Assembly: GCF_009914755.1 (NCBI RefSeq) | Contig: NC_060936.1 | Strand: one strand, 5' to 3' | Source: the human T2T-CHM13v2.0 reference genome, Homo sapiens | DNA: 64,000 nt | In this document: positions 14,255 to 28,262 of the stretch, one piece after another | Numbering within the stretch: position 1 is the stretch's first letter | How the letters are laid out: every line of letters starts with the position of its first letter | Made by a program: the position numbers and the translations under genes | Notes under the pieces: generated by a model | Databases searched by the model: none | Told to the model about the DNA's origin: nothing | What the model saw: only the letters and a program-made list of their open reading frames with translations

Positions 14255-15129
14255 TATTTCTTGCAGCAATGAAAAAAAAGTAAAGCTACGCACAACAATA
14301 CGGATGACCATCACAAACAAAATTTTTAAAATATGATACAGATGGTTACATAAGTGTTTGCTTTATGATTATTTGTTAAACCAAATCAGCACATTATTTG
14401 TTTTTCTCTAGTTATATTTCACAATTTAAAAATTCTAATCTTTGTTTTCTATTTGGGGAAGTCCCACCCAATGGCTTCAATCTTTAGGTAGAAATTTGTC
14501 ACTTGCCTACCTCTAAATGCACAGTCCAGAAGAGTAAAAACAGCAACAATGACAAGATTCTGTTTAAGAAAAAAGAAGAAGATAGATATTTGGTAAGGAA
14601 TTAGTAGTATCTGCTCCCCTTGTGCCAGTCGTTGTTTGACATGCTTGTGCAATTATACTTTTTCTTTTTTATATACTTTTAAGGTATATATTTTTTCATA
14701 CAAAAATGTGCATAAATGAGGTCTGCTCTAAAACTTGAGGAAGAAATTTTCTACATTCAACTTAGTGCGAATGAGTATGTCAGTGGTTACCTTGATTTAC
14801 TTCTAAAAAACTGTCATGTGAAAGTATGCATCCTCAAGAACGAATCCCTCTGTGAGACAGATTATAGACTATCCCTCTTCTGTGGAGTTGGCCTCTCACT
14901 CAACTTGGCATAGTGCTCTAGAGAGGGCAGGCCTGCAACTATTTCCTGGTTCTGCTGAAGTGATAAGGATATAAATGGGATTATACTTTTCGGAATTTAT
15001 CATTGCATTTTTACCTCAGGATCACTCTTTTTTTTTTCTAAATTTCAGAGGTTTTTGGTAATCCAAAATCTTCTGTGTGATGCCTGAGCCAACCCTTCCT
15101 CATAATTCTCTTCCCCCTAGTAACTTAAG

Positions 15130-15400
15130 GAGCCTCTATGGAAGTGGGGAGAGACAAAAGTGGAAGTCTGCTGGGTAGGGCTGCTTGGAAAACTTTTGCT
15201 TTCTTGACACAAAGGGATCTTTTCTGCTTGTACAGAATGTTGTGGAGATGTTGGCAGGTGTGATGCAGCAAGCATGGGGACTAAAGCAAACATATCATGG
15301 ATTGTGGAGCAGAACTTGGACCAAACCCAAATCCCAATAAGCATTGCTGAACACTTGCATCAGCCCAGGATTACCTATCTATGGACTCCTACACCACATG
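15130..15400 (+). mobile_element. Ancient ERVL-class LTR fragment (LTR33-like)
   Basis: Degenerate similarity to recalled LTR33/MLT1-type sequence. Confidence 0.4.
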
Positions 15401-15551
15401 CCATTAGATGCAGAGGCTACATCCTAAGATGTATTCCAGAAATCTTAGAACATAAAAATTATTTCTCACTCTGTCTACTTGTAGATAAATAGAAGCCATT
15501 GTTGTAGGACCCCATCCAGGGGCCTATGTCATATAAATTATTGAACGACAG

Positions 15552-15936
15552 TTTATTAGCCCATTCTCATGCTGCTATAAAGAACTACCCAAAACTGGGT
15601 AATTTATTAAAAAAAAAGAGGTTTAACTGACTCACAGTTTCACAGGCTATACAGAAGGCATGGCTGGGGAGGCCTCAGGAAACTTACAATCACAGCTGCA
15701 AGCGAAGGGGAAGCAGGCACATCTTCATATGGCAGCAAGAGACAGAGAGAGTGAAGCGGGAAGTGCTACACACTTTTAAACAACTAGATCACATGAGAAC
15801 TCTATCACAAAAACAGCAAGGGGGAGGCCCCCCCGCCATGATCCAATCACCTCCCACCAAGCTCCTCCTCCAACACATGGGGATTACAATTCAACATGAA
15901 GAATTGGGTTGGGACACACAGAGCCAAACCATATCA
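15552..15936 (-). mobile_element. Solo MSTA LTR
   Basis: ...gagccaaaccatatca end, perfect 5-bp TSD gacag (15547-15551, 15937-15941). Confidence 0.92.
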
Positions 15937-16146
15937 GACAGTCAATTGAAATTTGACTTAAAAATCAGTAAACTACCTAGATAAGAGATTATAAATAACT
16001 TCCATAACAATTTGGTAATAAACTCCTGATAAGTCCTATATTTTTAAAAAATCCAGCTAAACTAAAACTAAACAAAAATGCTAATAATAGAGAGGCTTTC
16101 AAGTTCAGAAGAGTTAACGCTAGTTTAATTCCTCATCTTTATTCCC

Positions 16147-16420
16147 CAGAGTCTTGCTCTGTCACCCAGGCTGGAGTGGCATGCTGGGTTCACTGCAGCC
16201 TCTGCCTCCTGGGTTCAAGCAATTTGCCTGCCTTGGCCTCCCGAGTAGCTGGGATTACAGGCGCTGTGCACCATCACACCTGACTAATTTTTGTATTTTT
16301 AGTAGAGAGAGGGTTTCACCATGTTAGCCAGGCTGGTCTTGAACTCCTGACCTCAGATGATCCACCCGCCTCAGCCTCCCAGAGTGCTGAGATTACAGGT
16401 GGGAGGCACCGCGCCTGGAC
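16147..16420 (-). mobile_element. AluS SINE lacking its poly(A) tail
   Basis: Alu body clear; flanked by tcctcatctttattc / tcctcatctcttttc. Confidence 0.92.
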
Positions 16421-17295
16421 TCCTCATCTCTTTTCTTACCTTAAAGAAGTTAACTAACTTTTTGTCTCAATTACTTAATCTGTTAATTAGTCAATAATAC
16501 CTTTTTCACAATATTATTGCTATACATGGAAAACAGCAGTTACATTTCTAGTACATGGTACTTTTTCAATAAATAGCAGCTATCATTAAAGCTCACAAAA
16601 TCAAGTCATTCCCTAAGGTCACTAGCTATGCCAATTGATTCTTCTTGGGGCAATTGATTCTTCTTTTACGTAATAAGTGGATTAGACAAAATGACTCTTT
16701 AATATTCTATAACTACATAAGACAAAAGTTGTCCCTATAAACCAGCATCTCATACAAGTGGAGTTGCAGAGAAAGAAAATAATACTTGAGTTCTAGTCCT
16801 AACTCCACCACTGCCCACCAGGTCAACAGAGAAACCACAGATCCCTTCTGTGTAGAATTACAGGGTTGAGTGAATATGATCTCTGATAGTCTCTGATGCT
16901 GTTGGTACCAGACAAAAATGTCTGATACTTTTGGTCATGGTGGGCAGACAACATGTGAAAGCAGAAGTGAGTTCAAAGCTGGAAGAGTTCACCATATTTC
17001 AGGATCAACTGCTGAGACTTGGATGTCTGGCACCATTTTGATCAAAGGCTCAAACCTGTGCCTCTTGACTCTGGTGTCCAGTGCTGGGAAGTCTATTTGA
17101 GACACAGTTTTGCTTCCCTTGCTCTAGGATAAAAGGGAAGTTATAGGCTTGTATTAATTAAACGTCCGTAAAGTGTGGATGAGTGAGGCACATATACAAT
17201 GAAAGTAAAAAGGGATGTAACCAACCTAAGGAAGGAGTTCTAAATTCCATCACCACACACTAGGCCTATATGAAGAGATAACACAATAATTATAG

Positions 17296-17602
<307 letters not shown>

Positions 17603-18402
17603 AAATCCCCTTTGAATGTCAGGGACAGGTTACCTAGGAGAAAGGCACAGCATTGCAAACATAAAATTAAGCAGTTAATTTCAGAGGAAAAGACTGAGTT
17701 TTAGAAAGCCCCTGTTCACTGGAAACAAAAAATGTGACCATACAAAAGAGCCTATAGCATCATTTCCAGTTTAGTCTAGTTAGTAGGGAGGGAATCATGA
17801 TGTGTTGTGTGTGTGGTCTGGGCCTCAAGCCATTGGGAAATGCTTAGAAGAATTTGATCTACTATGTTTGTAAGTCTGATTTACTTGATTTACAATTTCT
17901 ACAATTTCAGTACTTAGCAAGATGTTGTTAGATCTGTATTTGAGTGTTTAAAATAAAATCTGTATATATCTTAGTCAATTAAACATTTGAGATAATACAG
18001 ATGTATTAAAGTTGTCATTGTAGTTTAACATATCCAAGGCAATTTTATTAAATACATAAAATGGTGTTGTTTGAAAAAGAATTTGATCTCACATATCAAA
18101 TTCAGAAAAGCATTTTTTCAAAGTTACTAAATGTAAAAATAAAATAAGATTTATAATTCAAACTTAAAGTCTTGAAAATTTTTAATTTAAAAATTGTACC
18201 TTTAATCAAAGGAATATTGATTAAAATCCAAGTTTGGGATAGAATTCCTGTTCCTGAACAAAATCCCCACTGATATTATTCCTTTCAGCATTTGTCTTCC
18301 TGTAGTCTGGCTACCCCAGGCAAAGTGCAGCAGGAGGCAGAAGAATCCCATCATAAGTAGGTAGGCACAAATCTTTCACGTGTTTCTGCCCATGCCTGCA
18401 TC

Positions 18403-18422
18403 TGTAGTGCCACCTAGTGTCA
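18403..18422 (-). promoter_or_regulatory. Candidate CTCF core motif
   Basis: Minus strand TGACACTAGGTGGCACTACA closely matches CCACTAGRTGGCRC; motif match only. Confidence 0.45.
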
Positions 18423-19551
18423 GAGAGGGATAATAACATTTTTAGAAGTCAAGGGTGGAGCATGAAACCCATTTCAATTCTCAATTTTTTCTTAAATTCT
18501 GAATGTGTGAAACTTTCCAAAATCGTGGTGTCTAAGCCTTTTTTCTCTCTGCTGTCTCATGGCATTTTGTGTTTTCTTGTTTATATTCCCATAGCACATT
18601 CTATTCATATCATTGAGTATATTTCTTAGCTTTGGGTTTAGTAAAACCTCTGCCTTCATGCAGCTTGTGCACTAGTAAGATTTCCACTTCTGTCATACTA
18701 TTTATCACAGCTGGTTCATATCAGCATCATTTATATATGTCCACCTCTTTTATTGCCTGGGAGCTGTTTTCTCAATAGTGCCTCATTACTAAAGAGGGCC
18801 TTGCCTTGTGTTCAATGAATACATATGGAATTAAATAGATGAGCAAAAAAGAATATTGAGCATAATGTACAAATAAATTGATTTTATAGATTTAATGTTC
18901 CTTTCATCTTTGTGTATTTGGTCAACAATTATTTTCTTCATCTGTTTTATGCTGGAAGTCACACTGTTGTATACTTTCTAGCTAGAATAAGAGATAGGAT
19001 AATGGAATTTCTCTTCTTTTGCATGAGAATGATTAGACGCTTATAAAAGAAAACGGTCAAGTCTACGATTTTTACAAAATAACATCATTTAGTCATCTTT
19101 TCTACTGTATTCTATTTCCTAATTTATCAAATGTTATGTGTCATGTGAGAAAATTTATTCAAGTACTACATACACAAACATCATCTTCCACAAACATGTC
19201 CTACTGTTAAATAAACATATCATTAATGAATCACAATGTTCAACTCATTAAAAGAAATTATAATTTTTTTAAAAGATAATTAATACTGGATGAGTTGAGG
19301 TAGAAATAATAGGTAATAATAATAGTAGTAGAATAATAGAAATAATAATGAATAAAAAATAATAGAAATATTTTATTTGATCCCAGGATACCTGATATCA
19401 AATGTACCATTTTAAGGAATCTTATATACTAGTCTTTTAAAAATGTAAACAATATTAACTAGATTCACAATAAAGAAGCTGATCTGCATAATTTTCATGT
19501 ATTTGAAGCTCATGCAAATACAGAATGTAAAAACACCTATGATGTTTTGTT

Positions 19552-20400
19552 TCCTCATTCTAACCCCTAGAATGTGTGAATATGCTATATCACATAGCAA
19601 AGTCAGGCTAAGGTTGCTGATAAAATTATAGTTGCTAATCAGCTGACCTTAAAATAGAAAGTTTAGCCTGGCTTATTGAGGTGGGCCCAATGTAATCATG
19701 AGGATCTTTAAAAGTGGAAGAGAGAATCAGGAGAGAGCACCAGAGGTGGTAGCATGAGAAGAAGCTCAGCCTGACTTTGCTGGCTTTGCAGATGGAGAAA
19801 GAGGGCCAGGAGTGAAGAGGGCAGCCTCTAAAAACTGGAAAAGGCCAGAAAACAGATTCTTCCTAATAATTCTCAGAAAGAAACACTGCCCTGAGGGCAC
19901 TTTGATTTTAGCCCAATATGTTAGTCCGTTATTGCACTGCTATAAAGAAATGCCTGAGACTGGGTAATTTATGAAAACAAGAGGTTTAAGTGGCTCATGT
20001 TTCTGCAGGCTGTACAGGAAGCGTAACAGCATCTGCTCCACTTCTGGGGAGGTCTCAGGAAACTAACAATGATGGTGGAAGGCGAAGGGGAAGCAGGCAT
20101 GTCTCACATGGCTAGAGCAGGAGGAAGAGAGTTGCAGGGAGGTTCATGGAGGGGATGGTACCAACCCATTCATGAGAAACTGCCCCCATGATCCAATCAC
20201 CTCCCACCAGGCTCCACCTCCAACACTGGAGATTGCAATCGAACATGAGATATTGATGAGGACACAGATCCAAACCATATCACCCAGTGAGACCCATGTC
20301 AAACTCCTAATCTAGAGAACTGCAAGTTAATACATCTGTGTTGTTTCTTTGCCACTAGATGTGTGGTAATGCGTTGTGGCAGTGATAGGAAATTAATTCA
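19552..20400 (+). mobile_element. MLT1D LTR interrupted by an MSTB LTR
   Basis: aatcagctgacctt...gggcccaatgtaatca...ttgattttagccca|gtgagaccc, continuous across the insertion. Confidence 0.85.
19917..20282 (-). mobile_element. Solo MSTB-like LTR nested in MLT1D
   Basis: ends caaaccatatca; TSD cccaa/cccag. Confidence 0.88.
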
Positions 20401-20649
20401 TTCCTACACCCTTCTACTAAAGAATGATAGAAACTGTTGAAATTGCATTCCATTAGCTGTCAATATTGTTTATATTAAGTATTTAAATTAGGCTGCAAAA
20501 GTCAGGCAAGGAATAAACAATCCAGTCTTTTGATAGCAATACCAGAAGGATTTCATTAACTTGGGATTTCCTAACATCCAGTTAGTGATATATTGAGAAA
20601 GACCAAAGATCAAACCCCTATTATGGAATAAGAGTTATAGTCATTTATT

Positions 20650-20870
20650 TAGTATATATACATATACAAATTGTTCATATACAATATATAGTATATATGA
20701 GCAATTTACTTCATAACCTCACTCTTTCTATATATATGTGTGTGTGTGAACATATATATATTTATACATATATACATATATGCATTTTTTTCACATATAT
20801 ATTTTATACAGACGTGTGTGTACATATGTGTCTGCACACACACACACACGCACACATATATATATAAAAT
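20650..20870. repeat. Low-complexity (TA)n/(TG)n/(CA)n cluster
   Basis: Directly visible. Confidence 0.8.
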
Positions 20871-21314
20871 CCGGAACAAGTAAAAATATAAGATAGCAGA
20901 CAAAATGTCTCAGTTAGTTACTGGCCAATCTGCATTTGGGTTTTTTCCTGTGCTTTAAAAGTGATATTGAATTTTCTCCAGATTTTCTATGCTGTTCTGA
21001 TCCAGTTCGTGTTGCAACCCCATTTTCTTGTACCAAAACCTTTATCACGATTTGTAAAAGATTCTCAGTATGTAAAATTGTAATTGCTTCTAGATTTTGT
21101 CATCAATACTTTTATAAGGTTTCGCCTTCTCCAATAGACCTGAAAAATGCCAAGTTCTTACTTTGCCTGTTATCCCAGAGTGACTTTGCTTTTAGCTTTC
21201 TCAGTGCTTCAGCTCTGCATTGAGTTCTGATCTCTCTCCTAAGTCCTGTGTCTGTGTGCACTCAAAACAACATTGGTAGAGCCAAGTTAAATCCTCCAAT
21301 ATGATGTCAGGTCA

Positions 21315-21480
21315 GGAGCATAGCTTGAGACTTCTGTTTTCATCGTGGCTCTGCTACTTACTACCTATGTGACTTGGAACAAACTTTGGTGTCCTCCTTA
21401 TTACTCCATTTCTCATCTATAGAATGGAAGATATTAATACACACCTAACAGAGTGGTTGTCAGGATTAGATGAGTATATA
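21315..21480 (+). mobile_element. MIR SINE
   Basis: ggctctgctacttactacctatgtgacttggaacaa...tttctcatctatagaatgg. Confidence 0.75.
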
Positions 21481-21629
21481 TAACACTCATCTACACAAAC
21501 ATTTACCATATAAAATACCATTCCATGATAGTGAATGCTACCATGAAAGTTGTGCTAACCAGAACTAATATTATCAGGAAGTATAAGGAGGCTTAGCTTC
21601 TACATGTATAAATCTGAGTATTGATATGA

Positions 21630-21900
21630 TATTGTCAAGACTCTCTTCCTCTCTTAGTTCTGCTTTTTATTTGCGCTGATCTTATTTTCAGGGTATCTGT
21701 TTGTGGTAGCAAAATGATTGGCAGTAGCTTCATCTTCTGAGCAACCACAGCAGGAGAAAAAAAAAAAAGGAGTATATCTTTAAAGGTGCTTCAATATAAA
21801 TCCCAGAATTAGTTCTGATTGGCCCTAACGGAATCATGTGACTAGTCCCTAAACCAATCACCATGTTCAGAAGACTACAAGCCTCTTATTGGACAGTCTG
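21630..21900 (-). mobile_element. Ancient ERVL LTR fragment (LTR33-like)
   Basis: tctgattggccc...tcatgtg...ccctaaaccaatcac motif. Confidence 0.45.
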
Positions 21901-22261
21901 GAAACAGAAGCAAAATAAAATTCGGGGAAATAGAAGTGAAAAAGCTGGCACAAATAACAAGCAAAAGCTTCCAGAAACATCATCCCGTTCAGCTGCATCC
22001 ATCCTGTACAAAGGAGTCTGGTGAGGGGGCCCAAGCAGCTGCTGAAATCCAGCCAATTCCCCTCTTGTCCCACCTAACTGGGAGCCGAAGATCCTCAGGT
22101 GTCCTTTGTGCTAGGTGTGGCCCTGATCACATTCCCTTCCCCACTCCATGTCCCCAGGCCATGAGTAGGGCTAAGCTGAGAGAAGGAGAAAAGCTTTGAA
22201 CTAAAGGGGAGATAAAAGTCTTATTTTTATTTGACGAGGCATTTTAATACCTAAAAATTAC

Positions 22262-22709
<448 letters not shown>

Positions 22710-23084
22710 GTAATATTCTTATAATACCTAAAAGGGACTGGAAAACTGTGGAATCACCAAGATACATTAAGGGATGAAGACAAATAAGACAGAGCAAACC
22801 CGAAGGTAGTAGTTGGAAGAAAAACATAAGACTGTGTTCAGGTTGTGCCTGTTAAGTCAGCTCATTCACTAAAGCTGGTTACTTGTGGGCATGATGGTCT
22901 CTTTACAGCATTGCAGAATTTAAAAATTTGTATAAAGAATATATTTATCACTAGGCACGCACCAGGAAACAAAGTTTCATTTCTCTGAAAAACTAACGGA
23001 GGCCGAGGAAGGAAGCCAATATTTATCGATGTGAACCATGAACTCAGCCCTGTATCTTCTTGATCCCCTGGAATGCTCCCAAAG

Positions 23085-23230
23085 ATCCTGAGACATGTTA
23101 TTGTTTCACATTTGAGGAAACTGAGTCTCAGAGATGATAAGTGATTTAACCCAATTCAAAGCAATGGTGTGGGGAGGGTCAAATTTAGTCCATTTTGATG
23201 AAAGCGTATTTAATTTCTCATCTCCCATTG
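23085..23230 (-). mobile_element. MIR SINE fragment
   Basis: tgaggaaactgagtctcagagatgataagtgatttaaccc. Confidence 0.7.
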
Positions 23231-23703
23231 TGTGAAAGTGAAAGCAGTTGTAAGATGGGCCCCATCTAAATCTCCACAGTCTCTGGGCACTTACTTGGGA
23301 ACCCACACATTAGTCCCTCAAACTTTAATCTGCCGGGAGTCACCACACAGCTTTGACCTAGGTTAAAGTGAACTGAAACTGAAAAGGGTGTTGTGTAGTC
23401 CAGTTTCTAATCCAAACAGCTGAAGAACAGGGTGTGCGCCATAAATCACTGACCTTCACAACAGTGAACTTTTAATGTGGAGGCAGAGAATTTTTTTCAT
23501 ATTTGTGCAAAAAAAATTTAAGTTAAATTTTTGTGTTCAAATTCCATGCTTGTTCCTGGGGAAGGTGTGTATTCACTGGTGGAAACATTCTCCTTTTCTC
23601 TTTGCAGGAACTGCAAAGCCTACATACAAAGCCAAAAAATCTACTATCTAGCCCTTTTGTTTTAAAAAAAAAAAAAGAAAGAAATGCCAATCCCTGTCCT
23701 AGA

Positions 23704-24035
23704 GCACTGGTTGTTAAACTTGGTTGCACATTACCATCACCTGAGGAGCTTTTAAAATTCCAGATGCCCACACCACACACCAGACCAATTAATTCAGAAC
23801 CTCACGGGGGTGGAACTAGGCGTCATTTTTAAAAGATCTCTGCTAAGTTGAGAACTCCAGAACAATGGTTTTCAAATATTGGTGCGCACAAGAATCACCT
23901 GACCTGACTGTCAAAAACGCAGTCCAGGGCCACATTTCCAGATTGTCTGATCTGATAGGACTGGCAGAGGCCCAGGAATCTACATCAGCACACCAGGGCT
24001 CATGACATAGGAGCCTCAGGACTTTATTTCAGAAG
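23704..24035. mobile_element. Two adjacent MER5A/MER5-type hAT MITEs
   Basis: cactggttgttaaacttggttgcacatt...cacctgaggagctt and caatggttttcaaa...gaatcacctg. Confidence 0.65.
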
Positions 24036-24822
24036 TAACCAAGGCATACGCCTTCTAATTTCATAAAACTTGCTTTATGAAAAGTTTCACATCAACTCAA
24101 GTGTTTACAGAACTATGATTTATAAGAATGAGTCATTACTACAAAGTACAACCTGTACCAGCAGTCCTACTCCTTACCATTAAAAATGATCCTGCACACA
24201 GAAAACATTTCACCCACATCCTATTTTACTTTACCTCTGAGTGTCATGACTGCAAAAAAGACAACGAGTTTCCCCAGAACAATTCATAGTCTCTATGATT
24301 GCCCTTAGGAGTTTGGTTTTTATTAGCATAGAAAGAAGGAATGAATAATTGTTAATAATTTGAAACATCTAGAAATACTTGTATTCCTCTGACTGTGCTT
24401 AGGGTTGCTTTAAAAACTAGCAGAACAAAAAGCTCATTTTTATTCAACTGCAATATTTAAAAATTAATAATAACTGAACTTTTAGGACAGCAGTGTCGGT
24501 GACCAAAATTTCTAATCAAATTATGATAAATGTGTACCAAACCCATTGTTTTTACAGGGTCTCTGTACTATCTGTGTAATGGCAGGGACCTTAAATCAGT
24601 AGTTCCCACATGACTTCAGTTTCTACATTTGCAGGACCTGTGTGTGGCAGTGGCTTTTCAGATTCCTCCTCCTTCTTTGGGCATTACTAGGATAAATGTA
24701 ATTAAAGTAGTCAGTGAGATCCTCATTAAGCCTGCCTTTCACATCTACTGAGATCCTAGTGGAGTTTCATATAGGTCTTTCACAGTCTCATGGAGGAATC
24801 ACCATCTTATCACTTATTTTCC

Positions 24823-25099
24823 TTTTTTTTTTTTTTTTTTTTTTTGACAGGATCTCACTCTGTCACTCACGCTGGAGTGCAGTAGTACAATCTCAGCTCA
24901 CTGCAACCTCCCTCTCCTGGGTTCAAGCGATTCTCCTACCTCAGCCTTCTGAGTAGCTGGGACTACACCCAGCCAATTTTTGTATTTTTAGTACAGACAG
25001 GGTTTCACCACGTTGGCCAGGCTGTTCGGTCTTGAACTCCTGACCTCAAGTGATCCACCTGCCTCAGCCTCCCAAATTGCTAGGATTACACACCTGGCC
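24823..25099 (-). mobile_element. AluSx/Sz-like SINE with two internal deletions
   Basis: poly-T, Alu body, TSD tatttt(c/t)cttt. Confidence 0.92.
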
Positions 25100-26504
25100 T
25101 ATTTTTCTTTCATTTACCCTCATGTCTACTAAAGGCTTGTTGGGATCCTGACTGATATCTGCGCAGTCAGGCAACGGGAGAAAAGTGAAGGAAAGCACAC
25201 GTGAGATATTGATTGATTGGTTTTGCTTCCTAAAATTCAAAGACATCAAAATATCCAATAGAAAACCTAGCACATCCTTTCTAGTAGCAGTCATTTGGCT
25301 GCATGGATTAACAATCCAACCTTCCACCGGATGAAATAACTTTTGGGAAAAAATGAAAATTTTTTTTTTCCAGAAGAGAAGATGCTAAGCACCAAAGAGA
25401 TGAGCTGGAAGGAAGGTCAGTTTTTCCCCAGTGCATGAAGAAGACTGATTCTAAAGCAAGGAATTCCTGGCAACTTGGCGGTTCTTCGCTCAGTGTCAGA
25501 ATTTTAAAAACTAACAAATGTCATATTTCAGTTGGCCACAAGATGGCAGGATTTCGGCACATTCCCACAGATAATGGCCTCCTCTTCCCATCAGGATTAA
25601 TGGATGGTAGTGATTTAAGCGTGACACTCTCTTCTCAAGAGACTTCATACTCTCATAAATGAAATACGAATATGGTTCAAGGACTTATGTTTTATAGTTT
25701 TAAAATACCAAGAGTCAGCGATTCACATAATATAACTGGCATCCACAAATGCTAAAGCTATGGAAAAGGTTCTAGTTTTGTTAATGGGCCTCTCATCTAT
25801 CTCACTGGATGAGGCCTGGGAACCACCTGGACTCTGTTTTCCTTTGCTAAGCCTTTCTCAGAAGGAGCAAGTCTTGCTGCTACTGTGGACACACAGCTTC
25901 TGGGAGTTCCACAGGACCACGTGCGGAGAAAGGAAGGGAAGCAAACTTTGAAGGTGGAAATAAAGGAAAAGGTTGTGGGGGAAAAGAGAATGTTTTCACT
26001 TTGAGTTAAAAAAAAAAAAAGAGGGACAAAGAAGTGTCCAGTAGGGTACAGCCTGTCAGAAAACCCCAGACTGTGATACAGCTCTAACATATCCATTCAT
26101 TCGTTCATTCATTTGTCCATCCGGTATTTATTAAGCAATTGTGTCTCAAGGAATGGAAAAAGGGGAAAAAATATTCTACCCTGAAAGAGCCAGTCCATTA
26201 GAACATTTCTTGAAAAGACTGAGAAAAAGAAAAATTCCATATGATAACTAGACTAAAACAAAAGAAAACTACAGAGCGATTGGAAAAGGAATTGGCAGAA
26301 TTACAAACCATGTGAAGAATGAAGAGGGCGCCCTGCAGGGGTTATCAACAAGGAGTAATAGGGGGCCATGAGATCAGATAAAAAGTTAGAAACTGGGTGC
26401 TCCTGGGGAGTTGGGGGTTGAACATTTATTCGTAGGAAGGTTGGGACCCCATTTGGTGGGAGGAAGTTGGGACTGGAATTAGAAACAACAACAAAAAGTA
26501 CTTG

Positions 26505-26690
26505 AGTTTCATCAGAGATTTCAGGACTGGCTCGTTGTATGACCTTGAGCGATTAGCTAAATCTTTCTAAGCTTCAATTCCTTCATCTGTAAAATGGATC
26601 CTGCAATAACTAACTAGGGGAGCTAATAAGGATGATAAAGGTGAAAACATAAGGGAGTGTGCCTGGAATAGAATTGTTCATTATATAATG
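26505..26690 (+). mobile_element. MIR SINE
   Basis: tgtatgaccttgagc...ttccttcatctgtaaaatgg. Confidence 0.7.
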
Positions 26691-27091
26691 TCAGTTGTTC
26701 TTCTTCCCTGTTGGACCATTTAAGAAAGTTAGCAAAAAATATACGGAGAGCAGGGCCCTCCGTGCTGAATAGCTAAACAGACACACTTTGATCCCAGAAG
26801 CCCAGCTCCTCCCCGGCACTCATACCTGCAGTAAAGGCAACGGTGATGGATTCCTGGCCTCAGAAATCCTGAGCTAGATTGATAGAGGCCCTATGCTGCA
26901 TTCCACCAAGAGGCATGGAAACACACTGTTTGCCTTTTTATATAAACATATATACATGCTCCTCATGATAAGGAGAAAGAGAGAGAGACAGAGAGTTTAA
27001 ACTATGAACCCTCTTTACACAGTACAATCCCATACTCCTGTTCATGTAACCACACAGCAGGCTGGGTTGTGGTCTCCTAGTTTTGACTGAT

Positions 27092-27167
27092 GCGTGTGTG
27101 TGTGTGTCCGTGTGTGTGTGTCTGTGTCTGTGTATGTGTGTGTGTGTCTGTGCCTCTGTGTGTGTAT
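27092..27167. repeat. Degenerate (TG)n microsatellite
   Basis: Directly visible. Confidence 0.9.
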
Positions 27168-28009
27168 ATCCTCATATATGCATGTCCATGTACCTGTACC
27201 TGTAACTCAGATGCTGGCCATCTCCAGATGAACCCCATCTTTTCCCCTTTCCAACCTGGAAGCTGATGGTAGCATTTTTCTACACTCTACACAAAGGAAA
27301 TTCACTCCACAGAGCATTAGGAGTGATGCAGAATTTGCTGAAGTCTTCTTCACCCTATGGCAATTCTTTTCTAAGTCTTCCTTCACCACCACCACCAGTT
27401 GGGAATTTGCTTCTCTTTGACCTTCCCTAACACTGCACCGAGCCTTGAACCTGCCCACTGCCCTCCTTTATAATACTGAGCCTCTGCCTCCTTCCCCTTG
27501 AACTTCAGCCCTCAGGCTGAGGCACTTTTCTGATGTACAAGGGTCTTTTCAAAGCTTCTTTTCAGCAAAGATGATCCCTTCCTAAAAATAATTTCTGTGC
27601 CAGTTATCATAAAGATTAATAATTTTCTCCACATTATAATGTCTATATGACTATAACCGCATACATTATTACATATAGAAATGTTTTTAACATGAAATGG
27701 AATCATATGATCATATCATGCATATTGTTTTCTGATTTTCAGTTGCTCCTCAATTATATATTTTGTGTATCTTTCCAACTTATTAGAAATAAGTCAAACT
27801 CATTTTTTTAAATTACTGAATAAAATTAGTACTTTAATGTGAGACAAGGTCAATTTCTTTGTGCTGCAATTTTGTTATTGACAAGATAGAACATAATAAC
27901 ACAGAGTTATAATGAGAATTCCTCAGCTACAATATTAGAGACCTTCAGTTGCTTAGAAGAAGTGAGATACTTAAATAATAAAAATTACATTAGCTATATA
28001 AATAATGCT

Positions 28010-28262
28010 AATAAAAGTTGCTAATATTTCATCAGCATTTTTCTATGTGCCAGGACCTATTCATACTCATTTATATGCAACAACTCATTTAATCCTCATA
28101 GCAACCCTATGAAGGAGATACTATTATTATTCCCATTTTATAGATGATCTTTCTGAGTCATGGGAAAGTCAGTAAATTGCTCAAGGCAACATAGCCAATA
28201 AGTGACATTGCCAAAATGCGTGAGTCTGGCTCTAGAGTCTGTGTTGTTAATCACTAAACCAT
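28010..28262 (-). mobile_element. MIR SINE, near full length
   Basis: tatgtgccagg...catttaatcctcatagcaaccctatga...attcccattttatagatga. Confidence 0.85.
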
